Below the pieces are notes generated by a model that searched no databases, was not told the DNA's origin, and saw only the letters and a list, made by a program, of their open reading frames with translations. Both the position numbers and the translations under genes were made by a program. 64,000 bases of DNA from Macrostomum lignano. Taxonomy: Eukaryota. Below, in pieces: positions 1-12,700 of the stretch; the stretch's first letter is position 1; every line of letters starts with the position of its first letter. Location: assembly GCA_002269645.1 (NCBI GenBank), contig NIVC01001688.1, forward strand, positions 1-64,000. Reading direction: 5' to 3'.

Positions 1-181
1 TCTCCCCACTTTCTCGCTGCACTGTGGATGGTAAGCCGTGGTGCGAAGTCTGTGGAGCCAACAGTGGATGAGAAGACGTCGGAAAGCTCTCTTCAAACTC
101 TGACTGTGGTTCGCGATCTGTGATGACGTAGAGCGGTATTCCAAAACGCGGAATCCATGTTGCGATGAAAGGAGCCACTTC
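1..181 (-). mobile_element. Degenerate Ty3/Gypsy LTR-retrotransposon integrase core fragment (frameshifted, runs off window start)
   Basis: Hand translation of the minus strand gives FIATWIPRFGIPLYVITDR, then after one frameshift FRRLL..HRLRTTAYHPQCSEKVGR. This matches the Gypsy rve motifs WIxRFGxP..ITTDRG and RTTAYHPQxNGxVER. Confidence 0.75.
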
Positions 182-1195
182 CTAGTACAATACTCGAAGA
201 CTCGAAGCGTTAGACATGCTATGAATAAAATTAGGACTGAAATATTCTTTGTATGCTACTACGAGTAAACCGAGTATAATAATTGATTTTTTACCTTTGA
301 AATTTAAATTTTCTCAAAGTTTTCGTACAGCCAATGGACTCTTGAGAATTTTTCTGAGGAGCAATGTTACTCGACCGAAACAGTTACGATGGGTTTTGTT
401 CCTTCACAGTCATAACAGTCATAAATTTCCATATTTCAGCAACTCAATCTTTTCTTCTGCTGAAATAATAGTCAATACTGCAGTGCAACTTAAGCTAAAC
501 TAAATATATAAGCCTGCTGTGAGCCGTCGATTTTCCCTGGGGTAATTCACGCAAATTCACCCCAAAATTGCAGTCGCACACGTTTCTTCATTGTCAAACA
601 TTTGGTCAGGAAAGCTTTTATCGAACGGCGAAGTCTAATTCGAACCTTGAGGATTCAAATCTGCAGTAGACAACCAGAATTTTACGCCTGCGACTCAGGT
701 TGGCTCAAGATGCAGGGCTGAGACAGTGCGGCTCATAACTCCCAGTCTGCATTCCTATTGCATGTTCATTTGCAGCTCAGTTTAAATGACCACTCGCTTA
801 CTAAGACTGCTTCGAGGGGGGGGGACACGCTACGAGATAATATACATTTTAGTCAGATAAGGTTGATGCTAACAATTAAATTTGTACAAGGGTGTGCTCA
901 GAAGGTGCTGTCAAGCACTTGCCTTCACTGCAAAAAACTTGGCACTGAGAAAAAGCACCCCACTGTGAGGGAGCAAACTTGTCAACAGTGAATCAATAAA
1001 AACATCGAAGTCATTGAAATTATTGCTTTTACTTGTCAGCAGGGATTTCACTTTAATCTTCAGATCCTTGTGACATGCTTTGGTATATTTATCGACCATT
1101 AGAACGATTGAATTCTGAAAAAAACTGTTCAATGAATGTCGCTTAGAAAATTAAGCTAGTCAACTATCTAACAGAGTTCCATTGAAGCTTCCGGA

Positions 1196-1999
1196 TCAGC
1201 CAGGATAGAAGAAGCCATATGCTTCGATCTCGCAGATGGAAAACGCCTGGACCTGCCGATTCAGAACTCGAACTCGATTGCCGAGCTGCCAGCAGCTGAG
1301 GTTCTTCACCAAGAATGGAGTCTCAATGTTCACCTCGTGGCACACAACTCCGTCAACCAGCAGCTGGAAGTCGTTCAAACGTTGAGGGCAGCAGTCCTGC
1401 CTGTTGTAGATGGTGACGGATGCGACCATGGACTGCTGTGACAGCCGGCCCTCCCACCACTCAGATGGCTCGTTAAATGTGTGGCTGCAAGATCCGTCAA
1501 GATATTCTTGACGCTTGTCTCCATCAATATCCCGGCTGCAAAATCGGTCCGATGAAACCCTGCTTTGAGTGCAGTCTGTGAACAGAATCTTTCTAATGCT
1601 TGCATTTGAAATTATAGGTGTTTTTTATTGTGCTTGGTAAACAGCATAAAACTCAGTGTGACCTCGCACCTTCCACTTACCTTGGACCACGCGAGCATAG
1701 ATGTCGCAACGCCCGGTCGTGAGCAGTGTCCAGGAGTCCCTGTTGAAGAAGGCGGACACCGTGAAGAGCCGGCAGTCTCTAGCAGAGCTGAGCCAGCAGA
1801 TGCCAAAGCAGCCAGACCTGGCTGAGCACAGTCCGGAGCAGTGGATCCGGCTGGCCGACTTGCGCGAAGCGAAGCTCACTGGCGATGAGCTGCTGTCGCT
1901 TGAGTCGAGTCGGAACTCGTTTCTCTTCGAACTGGCCTGGCAGTCGGCGATGACGAGGGCCTGCAGGAGCAGAGCGGCAGTCAGCAGTTTGAGATTCAT
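1196..1999 (-). CDS. Secreted PAN/apple-like + F-type lectin (fucolectin/FTP) protein, 232 aa; exons 1999-1681 and 1575-1196
   Basis: Signal peptide MNLKLLTAALLLQALVIADCQA. PAN-like SRIHCSGLCSARSGCFGICWLSSARDCRLF. Donor CAAG|gtaagt at 1680 and acceptor ttcacag| at 1576 (105-nt phase-1 intron) join in frame to DIDGD..SCSHT..WWEG..VTIYNRQDCCPQRL..CEIEAYG. The fucose-binding motif H-x26-R-x-D-x4-R is intact. Confidence 0.85.
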
Positions 2000-4487
2000 T
2001 GTGATGGTTCTGGAGTCAAGCTTACTCAAAAATTTTGTGCCGCTAAAATTCAGAATGTATCCGTACCACGCTCGTAGCTACTTAGAAGATTTAGAAGCTA
2101 GAATTGCTTTTTTTAGTCAGCCCTAACCAATCGCGGCCCCCGATAGCATTTGCAGTATAGCCATTGGACGTCTATATTCCGTTATTATTCCTGACCAAGT
2201 CTTCGATTGGAGATCGGCTTCTTAAAAAAATAGCTTTTTCGACTAATTGTCGCGGGTGTTGAAGGGCTAAGAGCCGAGTGGCGTCCACCAAGTGAATATT
2301 GAATGCTTTTTTATTCATAGGGTGGATGCACCCGTCGTCAAAATTGTAGTAAACTCTAGTGAGATCCAATTTATCCGTTGCTCGTTCGTTGACGCTGCTC
2401 GACAGCATTGAAATGTTTGGGGAGTCCATCAAGATGATACCAGCTATTGGCAAGAACCACGAATAGGGTGGAATAACCTTTGCGGCACATGTGCGTTTGA
2501 TATTATTACGCGTTGGCTTGTAGTCAAGTAGGTATTAAATGACACTTATTTCCGTTTATTTATTTCTTTGGTCTGAAGCAAAAGCAGAGGACTAGTTTCT
2601 TGGCCGAGGCGAGTAGTTGTCTCAATCTCTACTAAACCTTTTCTGTGACATTTTCGAGTTATTTGCCTTGAATCACTTAGTAGTCTTGCTGAAGTCTAAG
2701 CTGTCTTAAGTGACTTGCCATTGGCAACCGCAAGCGACTATCGAGTTTGAGCAACGATCTCAACTACGTTCTTAAGTGTTTTAGCTTAGAGATCCGAAAT
2801 TCACGTGGTGATCGCTTACTAATTCTACTTCTACGTGCTTCTACGTTGAAGGATTACAGCATGCTGCAATACTACTTGCTCAACCAATGCGGAAAGCCAT
2901 GGAGCCTCTGGAAGGACGAGGAATTCAATGAGAGCCGACGTCCGAAGAGAAACTCTGGTGTGAAGGTGTGATTGGTAGTGATGTCCACGACAACTGGTGA
3001 GTTCTGTGACTTGGGGGAGGGGTCAATGTGGAGTTGTGCGGGGTGATTGTCTACTTTGATTGAGTTGATCTGTTACGACCCGTTGACTCACTTTTAACTG
3101 TCAAGCCAAAAAACTGGTTAACAACTGCTCGCTTTTCTAAAACATTATAATCTGTTACTTGTACATGTACATTTCTTTGAGTACTTTCTTATGGCTCATT
3201 CGTTTGCCTTATTATTTATTTGGATCGTTTATTTGGCCGGGACAAATAAACGTCTGTTACGAGGTACATTGGACCATAGACTTATTCGGCGCGGCCAAAA
3301 GGGTATAAATTTAAAGTGGTTGGTCCTCTATTTCATAAGCGTTTCTTTTGTATCGGGCTGAACATTGTCATAAGAACCTCGGATGCAGTGGCTTTTCATA
3401 AAATCCCCAGCTCGGTAAACTTCGATTTTAAAGTAGCATGTCTGTGTAAGCTTCTTTGATGGCTCGGTTGCCTCAAATTAAAAGCTCTTCTCGCAAGTGA
3501 TTACTTTGTGCAGAATCCTTTCTGGCAGTAAGGTTCGAGCAACAAATCTTATCTCTTTGCTTCTTCGATGTCTATTCTGCTCTGAAAATATCTCGGCTTC
3601 GCCTCGGCCAGAGGAGTGCGTCCTCCGCCGACTGCCATGAGGCAGTATAAAACGTTTTTTGAGGGTAATTATCTGACACCTAATTTGAGTTGAAAAGAAA
3701 CAGTAAGTGGGTGCAGGGCCCAAATGAGTAAAATTTATAAGACATTAAACAAGGTCTATAAGGACCACTACGCTCAGAAGTTACCATTGTATCAGGTCGT
3801 AACACTCGTAAATATTGCAGAATTATTTGAAGGCCCTTTTGTTTACACCTATTTAGCGATGCTTGCCTTCAAAACAGCATTTTACTAGACGTCTTGATAC
3901 AACGGTAACTTCTAGTGGTCCTTGACATTAAACTTGGGGTGGGGCGGTTGAGTGCAAGTAAGAAAATGAGGGTGGATCGATTGCGCGACTGAGGAAAGAG
4001 GCAAGATTGGAGAGCCAATCAGAAAGCAGCGAGGGAGAGAGAGAAAATAACAAGACTAAACTGGACAGAGAGGGAGAGAAAACAGAGACAGGTGCAGATG
4101 AACTGAAGAAATAATAAAGTTCTTTCGTCTTCTAATATCAATCCACGCACACGTCTCGGTCGTGCAGCCTTCCCGTTTCACGAAGTCTGCCGGTCTGCCC
4201 CATCGTTTTTGCAGTCGGATTTTCTTTCAAACGACACTTTCAAACGACACCAAACTTGTGTCAATGCAACTGACCAAACGTCCGCAACAAGTAAAAGTAA
4301 CACTACTTTCCTGACAACCCTCGTAATTCAGATTCTTAGCAACTCTTGCTTTTGGTAATTATGGCTTGGGAACTTGGAAAGGTGATAATTATAACCGGCT
4401 CATTAGAAACCGCGGGCACTGCGATCGGAATTGCTCAACAGGTTTTTGTCGTGTACACGATGATTTTTAGCTCATTAAATTTAGTTC

Positions 4488-7400
4488 TCAGTCCCAGATC
4501 CCATTCTCAGTTTCAGATCCCATTCTCAGTCTCAGATCCCATTATAATTAGTCACAGATCCCATTCTCAGTCTCAGATCCCATTCTCAGTCTCAGATCCC
4601 ATTATAATTAGTCACAGATCCCATTCTCAGTCACAGATCCAATTCTCAGTCCTGGATCCCATTCTCAGTCCCAGATCCCATTCTCAGTCTCAGATCCCAT
4701 TCTCAGTCTCAGATCCCATTATAATTAGTCACAGATCCCATTCTCAGTCACAGATCCAATTCTCAGTCCTGGATCCCATTCTCAGTCCCAGATCCCATTC
4801 TCAGTCTCAGATCCCATTATAATTAGTCACAGATCCCATTCTCAGTCACAGATCCCATTCTGAGTCCCGGATCCCATTCTCAGTCCCAGATCCCATTCTC
4901 AGTCGCAGATCCCATTATAATTAGTCACAGATTCCATTCTCAGTCACTGATCCCATTCTCAGTCCCAGATCCCATTATAATTAGTCACAGATCCCATTCT
5001 CAGTCCCAGATCCCATTCTCAGTCTCAGATCCCATTATAATTATTCACAGATCCCATTCTCAGTCACAGATCCCATTCTGAGTCCCAGATCACATTCTCA
5101 GTCACAGATCCCATTCTCAGTCCCAGATCCCATTCTGAGTCCCTGATCACATTCTCAGTCACAGATCCCATTCTCAGTCCCAGATCCAATTCTCAGTCTC
5201 AGATCCCCTTATAATTAGTCACAGATCCCATTCTCAGTCACAGATCCCATTCTGAGTCCCGGATCCCATTCTCAGTCCCAGATCCCATTCTCAGTCTTAG
5301 ATCCCATTCTCAGTCTCAGATCCCATTATAATTAGTCACAGATCCCATTCTCAGTCACAGATCCCATTCTGAGTCCCGGATCCCATTCTCAGTCCCAGAT
5401 CCCATTCTCAGTCGCAGATCCCATTATAATTAGTCACAGATTCCATTCTCAGTCACTGATCCCATTCTCAGTCCCAAATCCCATTATAATTAGTCACAGA
5501 TCCCATTCTCAGTCCCAGATCCCATTCTCAGTCTCAGATCCCATTATAATTATTCACAGATCCCATTCTCAGCCCCAGATCCCATTCTCAGCCCCAGATC
5601 CCATTCTGAGTCCCGGATCTCATTCTCAGTCCCAGATCCCATTCTCAGTCCCAGATCCCATTCTCAGTCTCAGATCCCATTATAATTAGTCACAGATCCC
5701 ATTCTCAGTCACAGATCCTATTCTGAGTCCCGGATCCCATTCTCAGTCCCAGATCCCATTCTGAGTCCTAGATCCCATTCTCAGTCTCAGATCCCTTTAT
5801 AATTAGTCACAGATCCCATTCTCAGTCCCAGATCCCATTCTCAGTCTCAGATCCCCTTATAATTAGTCACAGATCCCATTCTCAGTCACAGATCCCATTC
5901 TGAGTCCCAGATCACATTCTCAGTCACAGATCCCATTCTCAGTCCCAGATCCCATTCTCAGTCTCAGATCCCCTTATAATTAGTCACAGATCCCATTCTC
6001 AGTCACAGATCCCATTCTGAGTCCCAGATCACATTCTCAGTCACAGATCCCATTCTCAGTCCCAGATCCCATTCTGAGTCCCAGATCACATTCACAGTCA
6101 CAGATCCCATTCTCAGTCCCAGATCCAATTCTCAGTCTCAGATCCCCTTATAATTAGTCACAGATCCCATTCTCAGTCACAGATCCCATTCTGAGTCCCG
6201 GATCCCATTCTCAGTCCCAGATCCCATTCTGAGTCCCAGATCACATTCTCAGTCACAGATCCCATTCTCAGTCCCAGATCCCATTCTGAGTCCCGGATCC
6301 CATTCTCAGTCCCAGATCCCATTTTAATTAGTCACAGATCCCATTCTCAGTCCCAGATCCCATTATAATTAGTCACAGATCCCATTCTCAGTCCCAGATC
6401 CCATTCTCAGTCTCAGATCCCATTATAATTATTCACAGATCCCATTCTCAGCCCCAGATCCCATTCTCAGCCCCAGATCCCATTCTGAGTCCCGGATCTC
6501 ATTCTCAGTCCCAGATCCCATTCTCAGTCCCAGATCCCATTCTCAGTCTCAGATCCCATTATAATTAGTCACAGATCCCATTCTCAGTCACAGATCCTAT
6601 TCTGAGTCCCGGATCCCATTCTCAGTCCCAGATCCCATTCTGAGTCCTAGATCCCATTCTCAGTCTCAGATCCCTTTATAATTAGTCACAGATCCCATTC
6701 TCAGTCCCAGATCCCATTCTCAGTCTCAGATCCCCTTATAATTAGTCACAGATCCCATTCTCAGTCACAGATCCCATTCTGAGTCCCAGATCACATTCTC
6801 AGTCACAGATCCCATTCTCAGTCCCAGATCCAATTCTCAGTCTCAGATCCCCTTATAATTAGTCACAGATCCCATTCTCAGTCACAGATCCCATTCTGAG
6901 TCCCAGATCACATTCTCAGTCACAGATCCCATTCTCAGTCCCAGATCCCATTCTGAGTCCCAGATCACATTCACAGTCACAGATCCCATTCTCAGTCCCA
7001 GATCCAATTCTCAGTCTCAGATCCCCTTATAATTAGTCACAGATCCCATTCTCAGTCACAGATCCCATTCTGAGTCCCGGATCCCATTCTCAGTCACAGA
7101 TCCCATTCTGAGTCCCAGATCACATTCTCAGTCACAGATCCCATTCTCAGTCCCAGATCCCATTCTGAGTCCCGGATCCCATTCTCAGTCCCAGATTCCA
7201 TTCTGAGTCCCAGATCACATTCTCAGTCTCAGATCCCCTTATAATTAGTCACAGATCCCATTCTCAGTCACAGATCCCATTCTGAGTCCCAGATCACATT
7301 CTCAGTCACAGATCCCATTCTCAGTCCCAGATCCCATTCTCAGTCTCAGATCCCCTTATAATTAGTCACAGATCCCATTCTCAGTCACAGATCCCATTCT

Positions 7401-8110
7401 GAGTCCCAGATCACATTCTCAGTCACAGATCCCATTCTCAGTCCCAGATCCCATTCTGAGTCCCAGATCACATTCTCAGTCACAGATCCCATTCTCAGTC
7501 CCAGATCCAATTCTCAGTCTCAGATCCCCTTATAATTAGTCACAGATCCCATTCTCAGTCACAGATCCCATTCTGAGTCCCAGATCACATTCTCAGTCAC
7601 AGATCCCATTCTCAGTCCCAGATCCCATTCTGAGTCCCAGATCACATTCTCAGTCACAGATCCCATTCTCAGTCCCAGATCCAATTCTCAGTCTCAGATC
7701 CCCTTATAATTAGTCACAGATCCCATTCTCAGTCACAGATCCCATTCTGAGTCCCGGATCCCATTCTCAGTCCCAGATCCCATTCTGAGTCCCAGATCAC
7801 ATTCTCAGTCACAGATCCCATTCTCAGTCACAGATCCCATTCTGAGTCCCGGATCCCATTCTCAGTCCCAGATCCCATTCTGAGTCCCAGATCACATTCT
7901 CAGTCCCAGAACCCATTCTCAGTCCCAGATCCCATTCTCAGCTCCCGATCCCATTCTCATTACCCCACCCCATTCTCAAGTCCGGCCCCATCCCATTCTC
8001 AGTTCCAGATCCCATTCTCAATCCCAGATCCCTTTTGCAGTTCTAGATCCCATTCTCAATCCCAGATGCTAGTTTCAGATCTCAGATCCCATTACGAGAT
8101 CCCACTGCCA
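4488..8110. repeat. 3.6-kb minisatellite: 19-mer CAGATCCCATTCTCAGTCC interleaved with 22-mer CAGATCCCATTATAATTAGTCA, with higher-order blocks
   Basis: Units read directly. A diagnostic variant block recurs at ~5552 and ~6430. The array decays at its 3' end into GATCCCGCTCCCAG-type units. Confidence 0.95.
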
Positions 8111-9188
8111 GATCCCGCTCCCAGATTCCGGCCCCCAGATTGTAGCCCCAGACCGCCTCAGAGTGCAACTCCCTGACTCTCAGACCTAGCCAGCCTAGCA
8201 AAAGCATGAAGCGAAAAGTCAAGTTGCTCAAAATTCCATAGCAAGCACTTGTGTATATTAACTAGTTGGATTTCAATGCCAGGTTATTCGTACAATCAGC
8301 GTGGTCAGCAGTCTGGCGTCAGTTTATGACTTAACTATGGTTAACCAGCAACAGGTGCCAAGCAGAAACTGCGGAATACTTAAATAAAAACGAGGATAAA
8401 ACCATAGAACTGTGAACAAAACGGTAATAACTGAGACAGACAGAGAGAGAGAGAGAAGCGGCAGAATTCGAATCCCAGTGCCGAATTAAGCAACTGGGAG
8501 GTAGCCAGCAGGTAAAACAATTTTTTAAAAGAAGAATTTCAGCAAATGTAGCGAGAGCTAAAAAAAACATTGTGTAAGTTGTGACGCAAAACACTGCGCA
8601 GTGTCCAGTGCGAGAATTGGCAGCCTGCCCTTCAGTGCAGCTTCAACTACTTATAGTAGAAACAGCAGGTTATTTAGTCGAACACCTAATAATGAAAAAA
8701 ACTTCCAAAGCACTGGAGAAGCTCAACAAGTATTAATGCTAATTTGGGATTAAAGAGTGGATTAACACAACGGCTCGTGATGAACATTTTATGAGCACAA
8801 TAGATTATGTAGCTTACAGGTGTAATACATTGATGGCAAACTCTATCCAAACTCGGTGTCGAACTTTCGCACATTTCTCGTGGCCGATTTGCATAGAAAA
8901 TTTGTGTGCAAGTTTTGTTTAAATTGGTAATAACGACTCTACACAGTGTATTATACAAAAAGTGACATAAATATTTGGATTAATAGTGCGATAATTACAG
9001 ATAAATTTGCTAAATAATAAGTCGTAATGCAATTCATATTCCAGAAGTTAGGCACAGACAATCACTGCGTTCTCAAATGTTTCATTCGGCAGCAAAATTG
9101 TTTAATAAAAAGAGATTTATAATTAAAGCTTGGTGATAACTGATGAGACAGATGGCCATTATCCTGAATGCCCCTCCAGCACTGAAGC

Positions 9189-9550
9189 GAGGTCAGGTCA
9201 ATGTAGGTCAGGTCAATGAAGGTCAGGTCAAAGAAGGTAGGTCAATGAAGGTCAGGTCAAAGAAGGTAGGTTAATGAAGGTCAGGTCAAATAAGGTAGGT
9301 CAATGAAGATCAGGTCAAAAAAGGTAGGTCAATGAAGGTCAGGTCAAAGAAGGTCAGGTCAATGAAGGTCAGTTCAATGAAGGTCAGGTCAATGAAGATC
9401 GGGTCAAAAGAAGGTCAGGTCAAAGAAGGTCAGGTCAATGAAGGTCAGGTCAATGAAGATCAGGTCAATGAAGGTCAAGTCAATGAAGGTCAGGTCAATG
9501 AAGCTCAGGTTAATGAAGGTCAGGTCAATGAAGGTCAGTTCAAAGAGGGT
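9189..9550. repeat. 15-mer minisatellite AGGTCAGGTCAATGA (AGGTCA half-site array)
   Basis: About 24 units read directly; lies ~250 nt beyond the ZIP stop codon. Confidence 0.9.
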
Positions 9551-9796
9551 CGGCCGCACTAGAACTCCACAACAATTTTTTAATTATTAATTTACATAAA
9601 GGTTTATCAGGGAAGCGCTTGAAAATTCTAGGAAAAAAAACAATTTACTGACATAATTTTCGCATCACGCTACTTAGAAGCGACCGATCAGTAGAATTGA
9701 TGACTTTTTAGCTAAAAAATATAATTTTCCGTATTTGATCTAAATAAAAGTGCAAATGGCGAGAATTCAGTGGCTAAAATTCCCAATTTCGGCATC

Positions 9797-12700
9797 TCAG
9801 CAGGGACCGTCCATGACGACCTTCTTCTCCTCGTCTCCCAGCATCCCCTTGATGTCCTCCTCGAATACGGCGATGGTGAACATCACCCCGACGCCCGTCA
9901 TGATGCCAACATTCTGCAGGAAGAAGTGCGCGATTCGCGACTCGCCCGGCTTTACGTTCACCAGGTTGAGCTCGGGCAGCTGCGGACGGCAAATTGAGGA
10001 GTTTTATTGAGCAGGACTTTTCCTTTCGAATCCATCGGTCCCGGGATCGGACCCATAGGTCCTGGGTTCGAATCCATCGGTCCAGGGATCGGACCCATAG
10101 GTCCTGGGTTCGAATCCATCGGTCCCGGGATCGGACCCATAGGTCCTGGGTTCGAATCCATCGGTCCCGGGATCGGACCCATAGGTCCTGGGTTCGAATT
10201 CAGAGGTGCCAAGATCCAAGATTTGTATCTGGGCTCATATGAATCTGGGATTCTAAAATCCTGGCATCTGGGATTTGGGATTCTGGGATCTGGGATTCTG
10301 AGATTTGGGATTCTGGGATCTGGGATCTGGAATTCTGGGATCTGGGATTTGGGATTCTGGGATCTAGGATTCTGGGATCTTGGATCTGGAATCCTGTGAT
10401 CTGGGATTCTGGGATCTTGGCATTAGGTTTGCTACTAGGTAAGGCCAGGAATTCCAGGCTGCAGCGTTGATCCAGCTCACCATGTCCACCAGGGAGATGT
10501 AGATGAAGATGCCACCAGTGATGGCGAAGATCCAGTAGCTGGCGCTGGTCACGTTGCCAAGGAAGATGCCGATCACCATGCCAACGGCGGCCAGCCCGGA
10601 GGACAGGATGTTGTACATCAGCGCCTGCTTCACCCGCATGCCGGTCTTCAGCAGCACGGCGAAATCGCCTGGAATGCAGATGAGAGTCAAGCCGCCTCTC
10701 TTCTAATTGACGCTCGTCTTATTCAGGTGACAGGATCCCGACTCCCAGATCCCACTCAGAGATCCGACTCCCAGATCCCGCTCAGAGATCCCGACTCCCA
10801 GATCCCGGTCAGAGATCCCGACTCCCAGATCCCGGTCAGAGATCCCGACTCCCAGATCCCACTCAGAGATCCGACTCCCAGATCCCGATCAGAGATCCCG
10901 ACTCCCAGATCCCGCTCAGAGATCCCGACTCCCAGATCCCACTCAGAGATCCGACTCACAGATCCCACTCAGAGATCCGACTCCCAGATCCCACTCAGAG
11001 ATCCGACTCCCAGATCCCGCTCAGAGATCCCGACTCCCAGATCCCACTCAGAGATCCGACTCCCAGATCCCGGTCAGAGATCTTGACTCCCAGATCCCGT
11101 TCAGAGATCTCGACTCCCAGATCCCGTTCAGAAATCCCGACTCCCAGATCCCACTCAAAGATCCCGACTTCCAGATCCCGGTCAGAGATCTTGACTTCCA
11201 GATCCCGGTCAGAGATCTCGACTCCCAGATCCCGCTCAGAGATCTCGACTCCCAGATCCCACTCAGAGATCCGACTCCCAGATCCCACTCAAAGATCCCG
11301 ACTTCCAGATCCCGGTCAGAGATCTCGACTCCCAGATCCCGTTCAGAAATCCCGACTCCCAGATCCCACTCAAAGATCCCGACTCCCAGATCCCACTCAG
11401 AGATCCGACTCCCAGATCCCGGTCAGAGATCCCGACTCCCAGATCCCGTTCAGAGATCCCGACTCCCAGGTCCCTCTCAGAGATCTCGACTCCAGATCCC
11501 GTTCAGAGATCCCGACTCCCAGATCCAACTCAGAGATCCCGACTCCCAGATCCCGTTCAGAGATCCCGACTTCCAGATCCCACTCAGAGATCTTGACTCG
11601 CAGATCCAACTCAAAGATCCCGACTCCCAGATTCAAAACTCAAAGATCCCGACTCCCAGATCCAACTCAGAGATCACGACTCCCAGATCCCACTCCTGGA
11701 TTTCGCTCTCAAATCCCGACTCCCAGATCCCACTTAGAGATCCGACTCCCAGATCCCACTCAGAGATCCGACTCCCAGATCCCACTCAGAGATCCGACTC
11801 CCAGATCCCGCTCAGAGATCCCGACTCCCAGATCCCACTCAGAGATCCGACTCCCAGATCCCGTTCAGAGATCTCGACTCCCAGATCCCGTTCAGAGATC
11901 TCGACTCCCAGATCCCGTTCAGAAATCCCGACTCCCAGATCCCGTTCAGAAATCCCGACTCCCAGATGCCACTCAAAGATCCCGACTTCCAGATCCCGGT
12001 CAGAGATCTTGACTCCCAGATCCCGTTCAGAGATCTCGACTCCCAGATCCCGCTCAGAGATCTCGACTCCCAGATCCCACTCAGAGATCCGACTCCCAGA
12101 TCCCGGTCAGAGATCCCGACTCCCAGATCCCGCTCAGAGATCTCGACTCCCAGATCCCACTCAGAGATCCGACTCCCAGATCCCACTCAGAGATCCGACT
12201 CCCAGATCCCACTCAAAGATCCCGACTTCCAGATCCCGGTCAGAGATCCCGACTCCCAGATCCCGCTCAGAGATCCCGACTCCCAGATCCCGCTCAGAGA
12301 TCCCGACTCCCAGATCCCACTCAGAGATCCGACTCCCAGATCCCGGTCAGAGATCTTGACTCCCAGATCCCGTTCAGAGATCTCGACTCCCAGATCCCGC
12401 TCAGAGATCTCGACTCCCAGATCCCACTCAGAGATCCCGACTCCCAGATCCCGTTCAGAGATCCCGACTTCCAGATCCCACTCAGAGATCTTGACTCGCA
12501 GATCCAACTCAAAGATCCCGACTCCCAGATTCAAAACTCAAAGATCCCGACTCCCAGATCCAACTCAGAGATCACGACTCCCAGATCCCACTCCTGGATT
12601 TCGCTCTCAAATCCCGACTCCCAGATCCCGTTCACAGATCCCACTCCCAGATCCCGTTCCCAGATCCCGACTCTCAGATCCCGCTCCTAGGTCCCACTCA

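Noticed and set aside
1701-2126. 141-aa plus-strand ORF
   Set aside because: Antisense shadow of exon 1 of the PAN-FTP lectin, which has signal peptide, splice and domain support.
2172-2535. Minus-strand open frame (..IAGIILMDSPNIS..AIFLRSRSP..) faintly like an alpha/beta-hydrolase strand
   Set aside because: No catalytic motif, start or convincing splice sites visible; needs an HMM search before any claim.
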